A stretch of DNA of 36,504 nt from Candidatus Fermentibacterota bacterium (GCA_016928395.1 JAFGKV010000050.1:1-36504); one strand, 5' to 3'; shown: positions 1 through 9,327, counted from the stretch's first letter. Program-made: numbers and translations. Notes: generated by a model from the sequence alone, not told the origin.

Positions 1-1707
1 CACAGGCCATCCGTCTACGGCCGTGCCATCGCCCCTCACGGCCCAGAGAAGTCCATCGATGGTGCCCGCAACCATTTCAGGGATGGAATCATCGTCGAAA
101 TCCGCAAGCATCACGGTACCCACAATGCCCGCATCCACATCATGCAGCAAGAGTGGCTCCCCGCTCAACCGATAGGCGGCCAGAGTGTTGTTGCGGGAGC
201 CTACAATGATCTCGGGGAGACCGTCGCCGTCTACATCGCCCACTGCCGGGGCGGACCTAATGGCGTCTCCCACCTGAGCCGGCCACCCGGGGAGGGTGAC
301 CCCGTCGGGCCCCAGCAGATAGAGACCTCCCCACCGATCTGCAACGGCAATGTGCATCGAATTGTCCCAGGTAAAGCACGCGGGGCCGGCGTAGAATTGC
401 CCGGAGGTTAGCACGGGCCAGCCTGCCTGATCCAGCGAAGGTTCAACAACAATGGGCACAATCTTCTGGTAGGGAGAAGGGGACGCTTCAGCGGAAAGCA
501 CCGTAAGGTCAAGGGGTATCTGCCCCACCGGACAGGCCTCGTCCAAAGCTACCGTAAGCATATCAGAACACAGCAGGCTGTCGCCCGGAAGCAGGGTCTG
601 AGCAAAGGACGCCATTCCCTGGGTGACAGTGATCGGGGTGCCGGACCCATTCTCCGCCAACGTGAGAGTGACGCCCTCAGCGGCGTTCCAGAACGGGCTG
701 TTCACCACCCAGAATGAAAGGCTGGCGATCTCCCCGGGGTTGGCCACACCGTCGCCGTCGCCTTCCATCTCCACCAGAGAAACCGGCGAGACAGAGAGGT
801 TTGGATACTCGGGAATCTTGACGGAGAGCCAGATGCTCCAGTCCTCCATCATGCATTGCCCATACTTGATCCGGAAATATCCGTCCTCGCCCCAATTGCC
901 CCAGGAGTTCTTGCAGATCCAACACTCCAGGTCGTCGTCCCAGCCCACGATGGCCACGGCGTGCCCGCCTTCTTCTTCGCCCCATACATGCTCGTAGACC
1001 CCGCCATTGTAAGCCTGGAAGTCGCTGTATACGGTGAATGCTACATAGACGGGGCCATCCAGAACGCGGGTCTTGATCGCATCACGGTTGGGGCCGATCC
1101 AGCCCCAGTTTTGCACATAAACCAGTTCCAATGCGCCGTGAGGGCAGTGACTGCTGCACGGGACGTAGTCGGTTGCCTGATATCCCATGCAGCCTTCGGT
1201 AAGGGTTCCCTGCGTTCTGAGGAACTCGCAGGTTCCTGAAATGCTGTAGCCATTGCACGAGCCGGGACTACAGGACACAAGGTACTGCTCTGAGAGATCC
1301 ACCGTGGGATCCGGCACGAAGGCATCGATGGCCATGCGGGACTCCATGCATGCCAGGGCGCCAAAAGCCCAACATGATCCACATTGGGCCTGGTCACGGA
1401 TGGGTGTAACGTAGTTGTCACCTTCGGCGCTGCGCCAATCCCAGGCCGGAGGAAGCCCATCCATTGAGCCCCGCTCGTGGATCGTTCCCGGCTGCCGGGT
1501 CTCCATGGAACGGTCCCACCCTAGTAGCGCCCGACGATCCTCGGGAGCGCGGTCCCATATATGGTTGGGGCCGGCGGACCATTGCGCGCCCTTGGCCTCG
1601 ATGGCCTGGCGAATCAGGTCGAGGTTGTCGGCGCCGGCGGAACGGGGAACAGCAACGACCAGCAGAGCGCCGGCCAGCAACAGCCCATGGAATCGACATG
1701 TCTTCAC
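1..1707 (-). CDS. Secreted papain-family (C1A) cysteine protease with Ig-like and FG-GAP-like repeat region; 3' end runs off the window
   Basis: Translated by hand because it is absent from the ORF track (no stop in the window). GTG at 1707 follows a GGAGG RBS. Signal peptide MKTCRFHGLLLAGALLVVAVPRSAGA. Catalytic motifs WDWR..VTPIRDQAQCGSCWAF, GGHAVAIVGW and CKNSWG.WGEDGYFRI. Then DGDGVANPGE, and GWP../GDVDGDGLPEIIVG/ADFDDDSIPEMVAG repeats. Confidence 0.92.
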   Translation of the reverse strand, partial: MKTCRFHGLLLAGALLVVAVPRSAGADNLDLIRQAIEAKGAQWSAGPNHIWDRAPEDRRALLGWDRSMETRQPGTIHERGSMDGLPPAWDWRSAEGDNYVTPIRDQAQCGSCWAFGALACMESRMAIDAFVPDPTVDLSEQYLVSCSPGSCNGYSISGTCEFLRTQGTLTEGCMGYQATDYVPCSSHCPHGALELVYVQNWGWIGPNRDAIKTRVLDGPVYVAFTVYSDFQAYNGGVYEHVWGEEEGGHAVAIVGWDDDLECWICKNSWGNWGEDGYFRIKYGQCMMEDWSIWLSVKIPEYPNLSVSPVSLVEMEGDGDGVANPGEIASLSFWVVNSPFWNAAEGVTLTLAENGSGTPITVTQGMASFAQTLLPGDSLLCSDMLTVALDEACPVGQIPLDLTVLSAEASPSPYQKIVPIVVEPSLDQAGWPVLTSGQFYAGPACFTWDNSMHIAVADRWGGLYLLGPDGVTLPGWPAQVGDAIRSAPAVGDVDGDGLPEIIVGSRNNTLAAYRLSGEPLLLHDVDAGIVGTVMLADFDDDSIPEMVAGTIDGLLWAVRGDGTAVDGWPV

Positions 1708-1759
1708 GAATGCCTCCGGATGATCAACTCAGGAATTCCTACTATCTACATGCGGAGTA

Positions 1760-1786
1760 ACTATAGATCCTGGTCGTGCAAGTCAA
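1760..1786 (-). promoter_or_regulatory. Possible sigma70 promoter for the C1A protease
   Basis: Minus strand TTGACT-15 nt-TATAGT, about 50 nt upstream of the GTG start. The spacer is shorter than optimal. Confidence 0.35.
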
Positions 1787-2231
1787 GGCGGGTCGATCGT
1801 CTGTCGTGATTTCATCAGATCCGCACGGTTGTGCTCGCCGAGAAGACGGCTCTAGACCTGCCTATGCTGCGGCCTCATCCTCGAAATGCTGATGCCTGCC
1901 ATTCTGCGAGAGTGGTCGCAGGGAAGATCGAGATCTGTATTCCGGATGGCCATCCGCCTGATCCGGGTCGCTGGCAGCGAATTGACTCGGTGCATTGCAG
2001 CGGGAAGACGGCGAGTCGACGGGTTCTCGCCCTGATGACACACCGACACGAGGAAGCCCCTGCATTTCTTTCGCACACTCCATAGGCAAGGACCCCTGCC
2101 GAGGCGCGGATACGGCGGGCGAATCTGCCATGGCAAGGCTGCGTGAATGCCGATGTGGGTCATCCATCACACTGGGCCGGGTCTGCCGCCTGGTGCTCAG
2201 GGAGATGTGGGTCTTGCCGAGAGTGTCTTCA

Positions 2232-2306
2232 TGGAGGCGGCACCCGGATTCGAACCGGGGGATAAAGGATTTGCAGTCCTCTGCCTTACCACTTGGCTAT
2301 GCCGCC
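2232..2306 (-). tRNA. tRNA-Cys (GCA)
   Basis: Reverse complement GGCGGCATAGCCAAGTGGTAAGGCAGAGGACTGCAAATCCTT...GGTTCGAATCCGGGTGCCGCCTCCA folds as a cloverleaf with GCA anticodon and encoded CCA. Confidence 0.97.
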
Positions 2307-2310
2307 GGAT

Positions 2311-2386
2311 TGGAGCGGGAGACGGGACTTGAACCCGCGACAGTCACGTTGGCAACGTGAAGCTCTACCAACTGAGCTACTCCCGC
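2311..2386 (-). tRNA. tRNA-Gly (GCC)
   Basis: Reverse complement GCGGGAGTAGCTCAGTTGGTAGAGCTTCACGTTGCCAACGTGACTGTCGCGGGTTCAAGTCCCGTCTCCCGCTCCA, with GCC anticodon and encoded CCA. Confidence 0.97.
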
Positions 2387-2407
2387 TTGGTGAACAGACA
2401 GCGCAAT

Positions 2408-2436
2408 AGTATAGAGCCCTGAGCGTGCCCGGTCAA
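2408..2436 (-). promoter_or_regulatory. Sigma70 promoter of the tRNA-Gly/tRNA-Cys pair
   Basis: TTGACC-17 nt-TATACT, ending about 21 nt upstream of tRNA-Gly. The -35 box overlaps the comEC TGA stop. Confidence 0.8.
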
Positions 2437-4652
2437 GACCGCCCATTTTGCCTCCACCATATCGTGCCTCCACTGCGTTCCACGGTGACTGCTCCTCGGC
2501 TTGTCGCGACCGCATGGAACCCAGCATGGGAGATGTCGCGAAGGAGGTCGCGCTCTCCTGCGGTTCCGCCGCCGATTACCACCAGCCGGGGTTTCGCACG
2601 ACGAAGCAGCAAGTGAGAGGGCGCCAGATCCCGCCATGGTCCCATGTAGAGTACATCCGTCGACTCCACGGCCGCGTGCGTCGCGCACTGGGCATCCGCT
2701 TGCCACCCGCCGTCTCCCGCGATCAGGACCCGGAGTCCGCCGGCGGAGTTGATGAGTAGCCCATCCAACCTGTCAGCGCCGCCGCCCAGCGGCGTCAGCC
2801 TGAATCCCCGCGCGAGTTCAACAGGTCGATCGCCGAACCAGCTCTCCACGTGGTCCGTCCAGTTCCGATCCATACCTGCCGCAGGCAGCACGACCCGGGC
2901 TGCACTATGATCATGAACCAAGGTATCAACCGATCCGTGTCGGGCAGGCCTTCCGCTGGTGGCAGCCACCAGATCGACGTGGTCAATGCAGCGGAAACGG
3001 AGATGGTCGTTGACAACTCGGGCAGCCCATTCGGGCTGGCCGACCGCACCGGGATCGATCACTCCGAAGGCCCCCGCTGCCTCGATGGCGACGCAATTGC
3101 CGAGTGGCACATGGAGAAAAGAGATCCTCTCCACCTTTGCCTGCCACGGATCAAGGGTTCCCCACACAAGCCACGCCGCGACCATGCAGGACGCTCCGAC
3201 CATTGCCGAAGCTGCAGGCCGGCCCCACTGCCAGCCCACACGCGCACCAACTGCCGCACCCCAGGCAACGGTCAGGGCCCAAAGCCGCACGTCTCCGAAG
3301 TTCAGAACGGAGAAAGGCAGCTTCGAAACGAATGCCGCCAGCCACAGCAAGATCCGCGCGGTGCATTCGGTGAGACGCCCGCTCCACGCCGCAAGATCCG
3401 CCCAGACTAGCTGGGCGAGCGAGGTCACCGCAGATGCGGCGATGAGCACCGTGGCGAGAATCACTGCCGGTATGTTGGCCAGGAGACTGTAGGTTGGCCA
3501 TTGCCGAAACCACGCCAGCAGAAGGGGAAGAACACCAAGCTGAGCCGACAGCGACGTGAGAACCGAGCCTATGCACCATCGGGCTACCCGTCTCCATCGA
3601 CAAAACGGTGCCAGCAAAGGCGGCGTGAACACCAGAATCCCCAGTGTCGCGCCGAAAGACAGCTGGAATCCCGGCTCCCAGATCCATCGTGGCTGTGCGA
3701 TCAGCAGAACAAGCCCGGCCAATCCGAGGCTGTTGATGCCCTCGGCTCGACGCCCCAGCATCAACCCCAGCAACACCACCACACTCATGACACCGGCCCG
3801 CATGACGGGTGCGAACAAGCCGACAAGTCCTACGTAGCCGGCAACGCCGATGAGCGCGACTAGCGCAGGGTACCGGAAACCGGGAAGCAGCACCCTGCCT
3901 ACGGCCCAGATCAGAGCGGCTACGATACCCACGTGGAAGCCGGAGATGGAGAGAATATGTACGATGCCGGAGTTCCTGAAGCGCGCCATGGTCTCTTGGT
4001 CAAGGAGATCACGTATGCCGATGAGCATGGCCAGGGCCAAAGCCCCCTCCTCTCCAGCTGCTCGAGTGGAGAGTGTCGCCTCGACATGAGAGCGGGCCGC
4101 ATCCCGCGCCGAAGGCGATTTTGCATTGGGGAGTACATCACCCAGTTGGCGTACCCTGAGTCGCCCGATGATACCTCGTTGTCGAAGGAGTCGACTCCAG
4201 TCAGTCTCGCCGGGATTCGCCGGGGGCTCCAACGGGCGGACTGAGCCCGACGCCGAAAGCGTATCTCCCCGGCCCAGCCGCAGGGTGGTGTCCGGGATGG
4301 AAACCCGGAGGCGGAGACGGCTGTTCTGGCCACGGGAGTCCAGGAGCGACAGATCCGCGGTAACGGAACGGTCGGATCGGCGGGGAAGTGACGCGACAAC
4401 GCCCCTCACCGAGCCATCGGTCTGCAAAAGCGACCGTGCAACGCGCTCAGTGCCCCTGGTCGAGAGTTGCATCATGATGCCGGCCGCCGACAGCGCCACC
4501 GCGAGCATCTTGTCCTTCCGCTGCCAGGGGAGCAGCGGAAGGATGAGCACGGCCCCGGCTGCCAGCAGGAGCCACCAAGGAAAGGGCACGCGGGTCGCCA
4601 CCATGGCGCCCGCGACCAGGAGGAAGGCGGAAAATGCAGGCCGCCGTACCAT
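2433..4652 (-). CDS. comEC: ComEC/Rec2 DNA-uptake channel (OB domain + competence domain + degenerate metallo-beta-lactamase domain)
   Basis: P.NPGETDW...RGI in the OB domain. FRNSGIVHILSISGFHVG, PVMRAG and PGFQLSF are competence-domain motifs, with many TM helices. Start set at MVRRPAF (4652); GTG 4694 is an alternative. The track start at 4853 overlaps the upstream gene. Confidence 0.92.
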   Translation of the reverse strand: MVRRPAFSAFLLVAGAMVATRVPFPWWLLLAAGAVLILPLLPWQRKDKMLAVALSAAGIMMQLSTRGTERVARSLLQTDGSVRGVVASLPRRSDRSVTADLSLLDSRGQNSRLRLRVSIPDTTLRLGRGDTLSASGSVRPLEPPANPGETDWSRLLRQRGIIGRLRVRQLGDVLPNAKSPSARDAARSHVEATLSTRAAGEEGALALAMLIGIRDLLDQETMARFRNSGIVHILSISGFHVGIVAALIWAVGRVLLPGFRYPALVALIGVAGYVGLVGLFAPVMRAGVMSVVVLLGLMLGRRAEGINSLGLAGLVLLIAQPRWIWEPGFQLSFGATLGILVFTPPLLAPFCRWRRVARWCIGSVLTSLSAQLGVLPLLLAWFRQWPTYSLLANIPAVILATVLIAASAVTSLAQLVWADLAAWSGRLTECTARILLWLAAFVSKLPFSVLNFGDVRLWALTVAWGAAVGARVGWQWGRPAASAMVGASCMVAAWLVWGTLDPWQAKVERISFLHVPLGNCVAIEAAGAFGVIDPGAVGQPEWAARVVNDHLRFRCIDHVDLVAATSGRPARHGSVDTLVHDHSAARVVLPAAGMDRNWTDHVESWFGDRPVELARGFRLTPLGGGADRLDGLLINSAGGLRVLIAGDGGWQADAQCATHAAVESTDVLYMGPWRDLAPSHLLLRRAKPRLVVIGGGTAGERDLLRDISHAGFHAVATSRGAVTVERSGGTIWWRQNGRS

Positions 4653-4683
4653 TTTGCGGGTACGGTTAGGCGCTAGAACCGGC

Positions 4684-4920
4684 CTATCGCTCACTCTCCA
4701 TGCGGCCGGCTCGGGGATCGAACGGCCGCCGGCATCGCGTCCGTGGGATGCCCAAAGACACAAGGATACCTGCGACAAGGAGGACGGCCGCACCGCGGAG
4801 CAGACTGACTCCCAGGTCCGGTCTTTGGAGGCGTAGCGTGACCAAGGCCGCAATCAACGCAGCGGCAAAAGCCGTCAGCGTCAAGAGGCGGCGCAACTTG
4901 CGAAGCATGGATGCCGTCAC
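4684..4920 (-). CDS. Small two-TM membrane protein of unknown function
   Basis: 78 aa with two hydrophobic segments (LLTLTAFAAALIAALVTL; LLRGAAVLLVAGILVSLGI). GAGG upstream, and it fills the gap between slipin and comEC. Confidence 0.55.
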   Translation of the reverse strand: MTASMLRKLRRLLTLTAFAAALIAALVTLRLQRPDLGVSLLRGAAVLLVAGILVSLGIPRTRCRRPFDPRAGRMESER

Positions 4921-4944
4921 GCCCGCAGTCCTCAGGGGTGGGTA

Positions 4945-5712
4945 TCAGGCCTCTTCGGAGGTCTTCCGTCCCGCCATCGACTTCACAAAGGGCGCGAACA
5001 GATCGATGGGGATCGGGAACAATGTCGTCGAGTTGTTTTCCGCTGCCACTTCACGCAAGGTCTGGAGATACCGAAGCTGAAGAGCTTCAGGATGGGCGCT
5101 GATGATGCCTGCGGCCTGCGCCAGTTTTTCTGATGCCTGGAACTCGCCTTCAGCATTGATAATCTTAGCTCTCCGGTCTCTCTCCGCCTCAGCCTGCCTG
5201 GCCATGGCGCGCTGCATCTCAGTCGGCAGATCCACGTGCTTCACTTCCACCGTGGACACCTTGATCCCCCAGGTGTCGGTGTGACGATCGAGGATGTCTT
5301 GCAGGTCGCTGTTGATCTTATCCCGCTCGGAGAGGAGGTCGTCCAATTCCGCCTGGCCCAGCACGCTTCGAAGCGTTGTTTGCGCAAGCTGGCTGGTGGC
5401 GTAGAGGTAGTCTTCCACGGCAATGATGGCCTTATCGGGTTCCATGACCCGGAAGTAGATCACCGCATTGACTTTGACCGAGACATTGTCGCGGGTGATC
5501 ACGTCCTGCGGTGGCACATCCATCGCCACGGTCCGAAGGCTGACCTTCACCATTTTGTCGACGATGGGAATCAGAAGTATGAGCCCGGGGCCCTTTGCGC
5601 CGACGTATCTACCGAGGCGGAACACGACGCCGCGTTCATACTCCCTGAGGATGCGGACAGCGTTCCCGAGGATAAAGAAGACCAGGAGAATGAGGATGGT
5701 CAAGGGATACAT
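4945..5712 (-). CDS. SPFH/stomatin-like (slipin) protein
   Basis: N-terminal TM helix, [75 protein letters not shown]. Confidence 0.96.
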   Translation of the reverse strand: MYPLTILILLVFFILGNAVRILREYERGVVFRLGRYVGAKGPGLILLIPIVDKMVKVSLRTVAMDVPPQDVITRDNVSVKVNAVIYFRVMEPDKAIIAVEDYLYATSQLAQTTLRSVLGQAELDDLLSERDKINSDLQDILDRHTDTWGIKVSTVEVKHVDLPTEMQRAMARQAEAERDRRAKIINAEGEFQASEKLAQAAGIISAHPEALQLRYLQTLREVAAENNSTTLFPIPIDLFAPFVKSMAGRKTSEEA

Positions 5713-5736
5713 GAGCTACACTCCTTGGTGAGTAGC

Positions 5737-7011
5737 CTACGCTTCAAGGCTCCGTGGCGTGACCGCCACCGTGAGCCGCATACCGTCAACACCAGTCACC
5801 ACTACATCGGCGCCCTCTTCTATCTGCTCCTGTGCGGTGGCAAACCATATCTCACCGTTGACAAACACCTTGCCGCTGGGTGCCAATGTCCCGACCACGG
5901 TGCCACGGGCGCCCAGCAGGCCCGATGCACCGGTGACGGGGCGCCGCCGTTGTGCCCTGACCCCCATGCCCACCGCGAAGAGGAAAAACGCCACCGTCAC
6001 CGCCACGACGGGGATGATCACAGATAATGACACGCGGTACACCTCCTCTGTAGTATCGAACAGCATGAGACTTCCCAAGACGAGCGCTACGATTCCGCCT
6101 AAGGTCAAAAGCCCGTAGCTGGTGATCTTGATCTCAGCCAGGAACAACAGCATGGCAAAGGCGATCAGCAGTACGCCCACGTAATTCACCGGCATCATTT
6201 GCATGGCGAAGATTCCCAGCAGAAGGAGGATTCCCCCCACCACGCCCGGGAAGATGCTGCCTGGATTCGACAGTTCGAAGTAGAGACCGTAGAACCCGAG
6301 AATCAGGAAGATATATGCGAGATTCGGGTTGGCGATCTGATGCAGCAGACGGAAGCGGAGGCTCATCCGGAAGTCTTTCACTACCGCATCCTTGGTAGAG
6401 AGCACCCTTTGGGTATCATTGATGGTGACGGTACGGCCATCCAGCAGCTGGAGCAACTCCGTGCGGTCGCGGGCCAGCAGATCGATGACGCCCAAGTCCA
6501 AAGCTTCCTTGGCGGTGGCGGAGAGACTCTCACGGACCGAGTTTTCATACCACGAGGCGTTCCTCCCTCGCTGCGTCGCCAGCGAACGTATCTGTGCAGC
6601 GGCGTCACTCTCGGCCTTACCGGACATGATACTATCCATGGCACCGCCCATGCCCACGGGATGGGCAGCCCCCAGATGAGTCCCTGGCGACATGGCGGCG
6701 ATGTGGGAGGCGGCACAGATGAATGCGCCCGCGCTGGCGGCCCTTGCTCCCGCGGGCGCGACGTGAACCACGACAGGTATCGACGCGTTTAGCATCGCGC
6801 CCGTGATGCTCCGCATGGATTCCATGAGGCCACCCGGCGTGTCGATCTCGAGTATGAGAACATGGGCATTGCTTTGTTGCGCTTCCTCAATGGCGCGCAC
6901 CGCATACCCCGCCGTAGCGGGGTTGATTGCGCCGTCGATCCGGGCGACCATGACAACGCCTGCTGAGGCATACGAGCACAAGATGGACAGGATGGTCGCA
7001 AGTCGGTACAT
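5737..7011 (-). CDS. nfeD: Long-form NfeD: membrane-bound ClpP-class serine protease
   Basis: IDTPGGL, GARAASAGAFI (catalytic Ser), GAAHPV, TM bundle and C-terminal OB domain (G.V.VNGEIW.A). Lies directly upstream of the slipin gene, the known pairing. Confidence 0.94.
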   Translation of the reverse strand: MYRLATILSILCSYASAGVVMVARIDGAINPATAGYAVRAIEEAQQSNAHVLILEIDTPGGLMESMRSITGAMLNASIPVVVHVAPAGARAASAGAFICAASHIAAMSPGTHLGAAHPVGMGGAMDSIMSGKAESDAAAQIRSLATQRGRNASWYENSVRESLSATAKEALDLGVIDLLARDRTELLQLLDGRTVTINDTQRVLSTKDAVVKDFRMSLRFRLLHQIANPNLAYIFLILGFYGLYFELSNPGSIFPGVVGGILLLLGIFAMQMMPVNYVGVLLIAFAMLLFLAEIKITSYGLLTLGGIVALVLGSLMLFDTTEEVYRVSLSVIIPVVAVTVAFFLFAVGMGVRAQRRRPVTGASGLLGARGTVVGTLAPSGKVFVNGEIWFATAQEQIEEGADVVVTGVDGMRLTVAVTPRSLEA

Positions 7012-7013
7012 AC

Positions 7014-7265
7014 CTAGAATACCTTTCGCCCCCCGGCCACAATCTCGTTCATTGCTTCCTTGAAGTAGTCGGTTTCGCTCAGGATGTCTTCAGGAAGAGA
7101 CTCGCGGTATCTGTTGTACGCTTCCAGTACCTGGACTCCTATCCGTGCCGGTAGGTTTCCCTCCGCAAGACCAACCGCGATTCGGTCTTCGTGAGCGCTG
7201 ACCAGCTCAAGAGCCAACCAGCGAGCCAGGAGCCTCGCTCCCTGATCTATGAGTTTGTCAGCCAT
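7014..7265 (-). CDS. Small cytoplasmic hypothetical protein (83 aa)
   Basis: ATG at 7265 follows a strong AAGGAG RBS. Stop is 2 nt from the nfeD start. Helical composition (ARLLARWLALEL...YFKEAMNEIVAGG). Confidence 0.75.
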   Translation of the reverse strand: MADKLIDQGARLLARWLALELVSAHEDRIAVGLAEGNLPARIGVQVLEAYNRYRESLPEDILSETDYFKEAMNEIVAGGRKVF

Positions 7266-7478
7266 GGCAGGACTCCTTGGTGTCGTGCTGTGGGTACGCC
7301 GTCTCCGGGGGCACGCGCATGAGTACCACACGAGGGAACCAGCCAATGACCTTGCCATCGGACGCGCTTCGGCCCCGAGAAGGGATGTGAGGGGTGTTAA
7401 AACTCATGGAATGCATCGTCCTCCCCGACACATGCCGTCGTACGACTCCACGCTTCTCGTTTGGACCTTTGTCATGCC

Positions 7479-8816
7479 TCACACGACCATTCCGTCGATG
7501 AACCCCGTATGCAGCGAGCCGCTTCGGAAACGCTCGTCCGCAAGGACTCTAAGATGGAAGGGGATGGTAGTTTTCACTCCCTCGATGACCATCTCTTCCA
7601 GGGTGCGCACCATCCGAACCCTGGCTTCTTCCCGGTCGGTACCGTAGGCGATCACCTTGGCCAAAAGGCTGTCGTAGTTCGGTGACACGGTGTATCCCGC
7701 ATAGAGATGGGTGTCGATCCTGATGCCGGGCCCACCCGGCTGGTGGAATGCGCCGATGACGCCCGGGCACGGAGCGAAACTATTGTCAGGATCTTCGGCA
7801 TTGATGCGACATTCCAGGGCATGCCCGCGTAGGTGAACATCGTTCTTCGACAGGGGGAGCCGATCCCCCGCGGCCAGCCGGATCTGCAGTTTCACCAGGT
7901 CGATGTCGCAGACCAACTCTGTGACCGGATGCTCAACCTGGATGCGGGTATTCATCTCAATGAAGAAGTAGGAGCCCGCGGAATCGAGCAAAAACTCCAT
8001 GGTGCCAAGACCCAAGTAGTCGACCGCAAGGGCGCCCCTGACCGCCACCGCGCCCATTTCATCCCTCAGGCCCGGAGTTACCGCGGTGGATGGTGACTCT
8101 TCAATGAGTTTCTGATGCCGACGCTGGATGGAGCATTCTCGTTCGCCGAAGTGCACGCACTGAACGCCATCCCCAGCCACCTGGAACTCGATGTGGCGAG
8201 GGTGATCAATGTAGTGCTCCAGGTAGAGCCTCCCATCCCCGAAAGCCGATTCGGCCTCACGGTGCGCCGCACTGAACGCGCGTTCCATGTCGGCCTCGCC
8301 GTGAACCACCCGCATCCCCCGCCCTCCGCCTCCGGCCACGGCCTTGATCAGGACCGGATAGCCGATCTCGTCAGCCACCGAACAGGCGATCCGTACTTCG
8401 GACACAGGTCCCGGGCTCCCCGGGATCACCGGCACACCCGCGGCTCGCATTGTCTCCCGGGCCAGCGCTTTGTCTCCCATGATCCTCATCGTTTCGGCCG
8501 TAGGGCCTATGAGCGTGAGATTACATGACGCCAGCACCTCGGCAAACGCGGGGCTTTCAGCCAGAAACCCATAGCCCGGGTGCACGGCATCGACGTTGGC
8601 GATTTCCGCGGCGCTTACGATTCGAGGTATGTTGAGATAGCTTTCAGCACTGGATGCGGCACCGATGCAGACTGCTTCGTCAGCGAACTTGACCGCCAGA
8701 CTGTCAGCGTCTGCCTGAGAGTACACCACTACCGTCTCGATGCCCAACTCGCGGCAAGCCCTAAGCACCCGGAGAGCGATTTCTCCTCTGTTGGCGATCA
8801 GAATCTTTTTGAACAC
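7479..8816 (-). CDS. accC: Acetyl-CoA carboxylase, biotin carboxylase subunit
   Basis: KKILIANRGEIALR, HPGYGFLAE, GGGGRGMR, RECSIQRRHQK, EMNTRIQVEHPVTE, YDSLLAK. Confidence 0.98.
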   Translation of the reverse strand: MFKKILIANRGEIALRVLRACRELGIETVVVYSQADADSLAVKFADEAVCIGAASSAESYLNIPRIVSAAEIANVDAVHPGYGFLAESPAFAEVLASCNLTLIGPTAETMRIMGDKALARETMRAAGVPVIPGSPGPVSEVRIACSVADEIGYPVLIKAVAGGGGRGMRVVHGEADMERAFSAAHREAESAFGDGRLYLEHYIDHPRHIEFQVAGDGVQCVHFGERECSIQRRHQKLIEESPSTAVTPGLRDEMGAVAVRGALAVDYLGLGTMEFLLDSAGSYFFIEMNTRIQVEHPVTELVCDIDLVKLQIRLAAGDRLPLSKNDVHLRGHALECRINAEDPDNSFAPCPGVIGAFHQPGGPGIRIDTHLYAGYTVSPNYDSLLAKVIAYGTDREEARVRMVRTLEEMVIEGVKTTIPFHLRVLADERFRSGSLHTGFIDGMVV

Positions 8817-8824
8817 AGCGGGCT

Positions 8825-9304
8825 TCAGACGTGAGTGTCGAGTTCGATGAGCGTCTGGCCGAATTCGACCGGCTGGGCATTCCCCACCGGTATCGACACA
8901 ACGCGACCCCGGACATCCGAGTGAATCTCATTCATGATCTTCATGGCCTCAATGATGCACACGGTCTGACCGATTTCCACAATTCGTCCTATTTCAGCAT
9001 ACGGTGGGGCGTCGGGAGAAGGCGCCCGGTAGAAGGTTCCCACCAGTGGCGCCTTTATGGTCGCCAGATTCTCCACGGGCGAGGGTTGTTCATACGACGA
9101 TATCTCTTCCTTCGGAGGAGGTATGGCTGGTTCCGGTGGCGCCGCGACGAAGGGAAATGAGGGTGTCAGTACGGTGGGATGATCCGGTGATGAGCGCCGC
9201 ACGATCCGCACTCGTTCACCGAGCCGCCTTACCTCGATCTCAGAGAGGTCAAGTTCAGCAACCAGTCTCGCCAGTCGTTCCAATGCACGAAGGTCCATCG
9301 CCAC
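8825..9304 (-). CDS. accB: Acetyl-CoA carboxylase, biotin carboxyl carrier protein
   Basis: APLVGTFYRAPSP, IIEAMKIMNEI (biotinylated Lys), VEFGQ.L. The start may be the ATG at 9298. Confidence 0.97.
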   Translation of the reverse strand: MAMDLRALERLARLVAELDLSEIEVRRLGERVRIVRRSSPDHPTVLTPSFPFVAAPPEPAIPPPKEEISSYEQPSPVENLATIKAPLVGTFYRAPSPDAPPYAEIGRIVEIGQTVCIIEAMKIMNEIHSDVRGRVVSIPVGNAQPVEFGQTLIELDTHV

Positions 9305-9327
9305 CTCACTCTCTCTGCGATATCGGG

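Noticed and set aside
677-1699. Track ORFs 677-985, 1041-1460 and 1418-1699 on the minus strand
   Set aside because: These are wrong-frame fragments. The real frame is the continuous C1A protease from 1707, so there is no pseudogene.
1831-2170. Short ORFs (67-103 aa) in the gap between the protease and the tRNAs
   Set aside because: No clear RBS, unnatural composition, and several competing frames.
2191-2220. TGGTGCTCAGGG resembling the reverse complement of a tRNA-Leu 3' end or an att site
   Set aside because: No T-loop or cloverleaf, no match to the adjacent tRNA ends, and no integrase in the window.
7258-7482. 74-aa minus-strand ORF coupled to the accC stop
   Set aside because: It has a GTGA overlap but no recognisable protein features; more likely an intergenic or promoter region. 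Not fully excluded.
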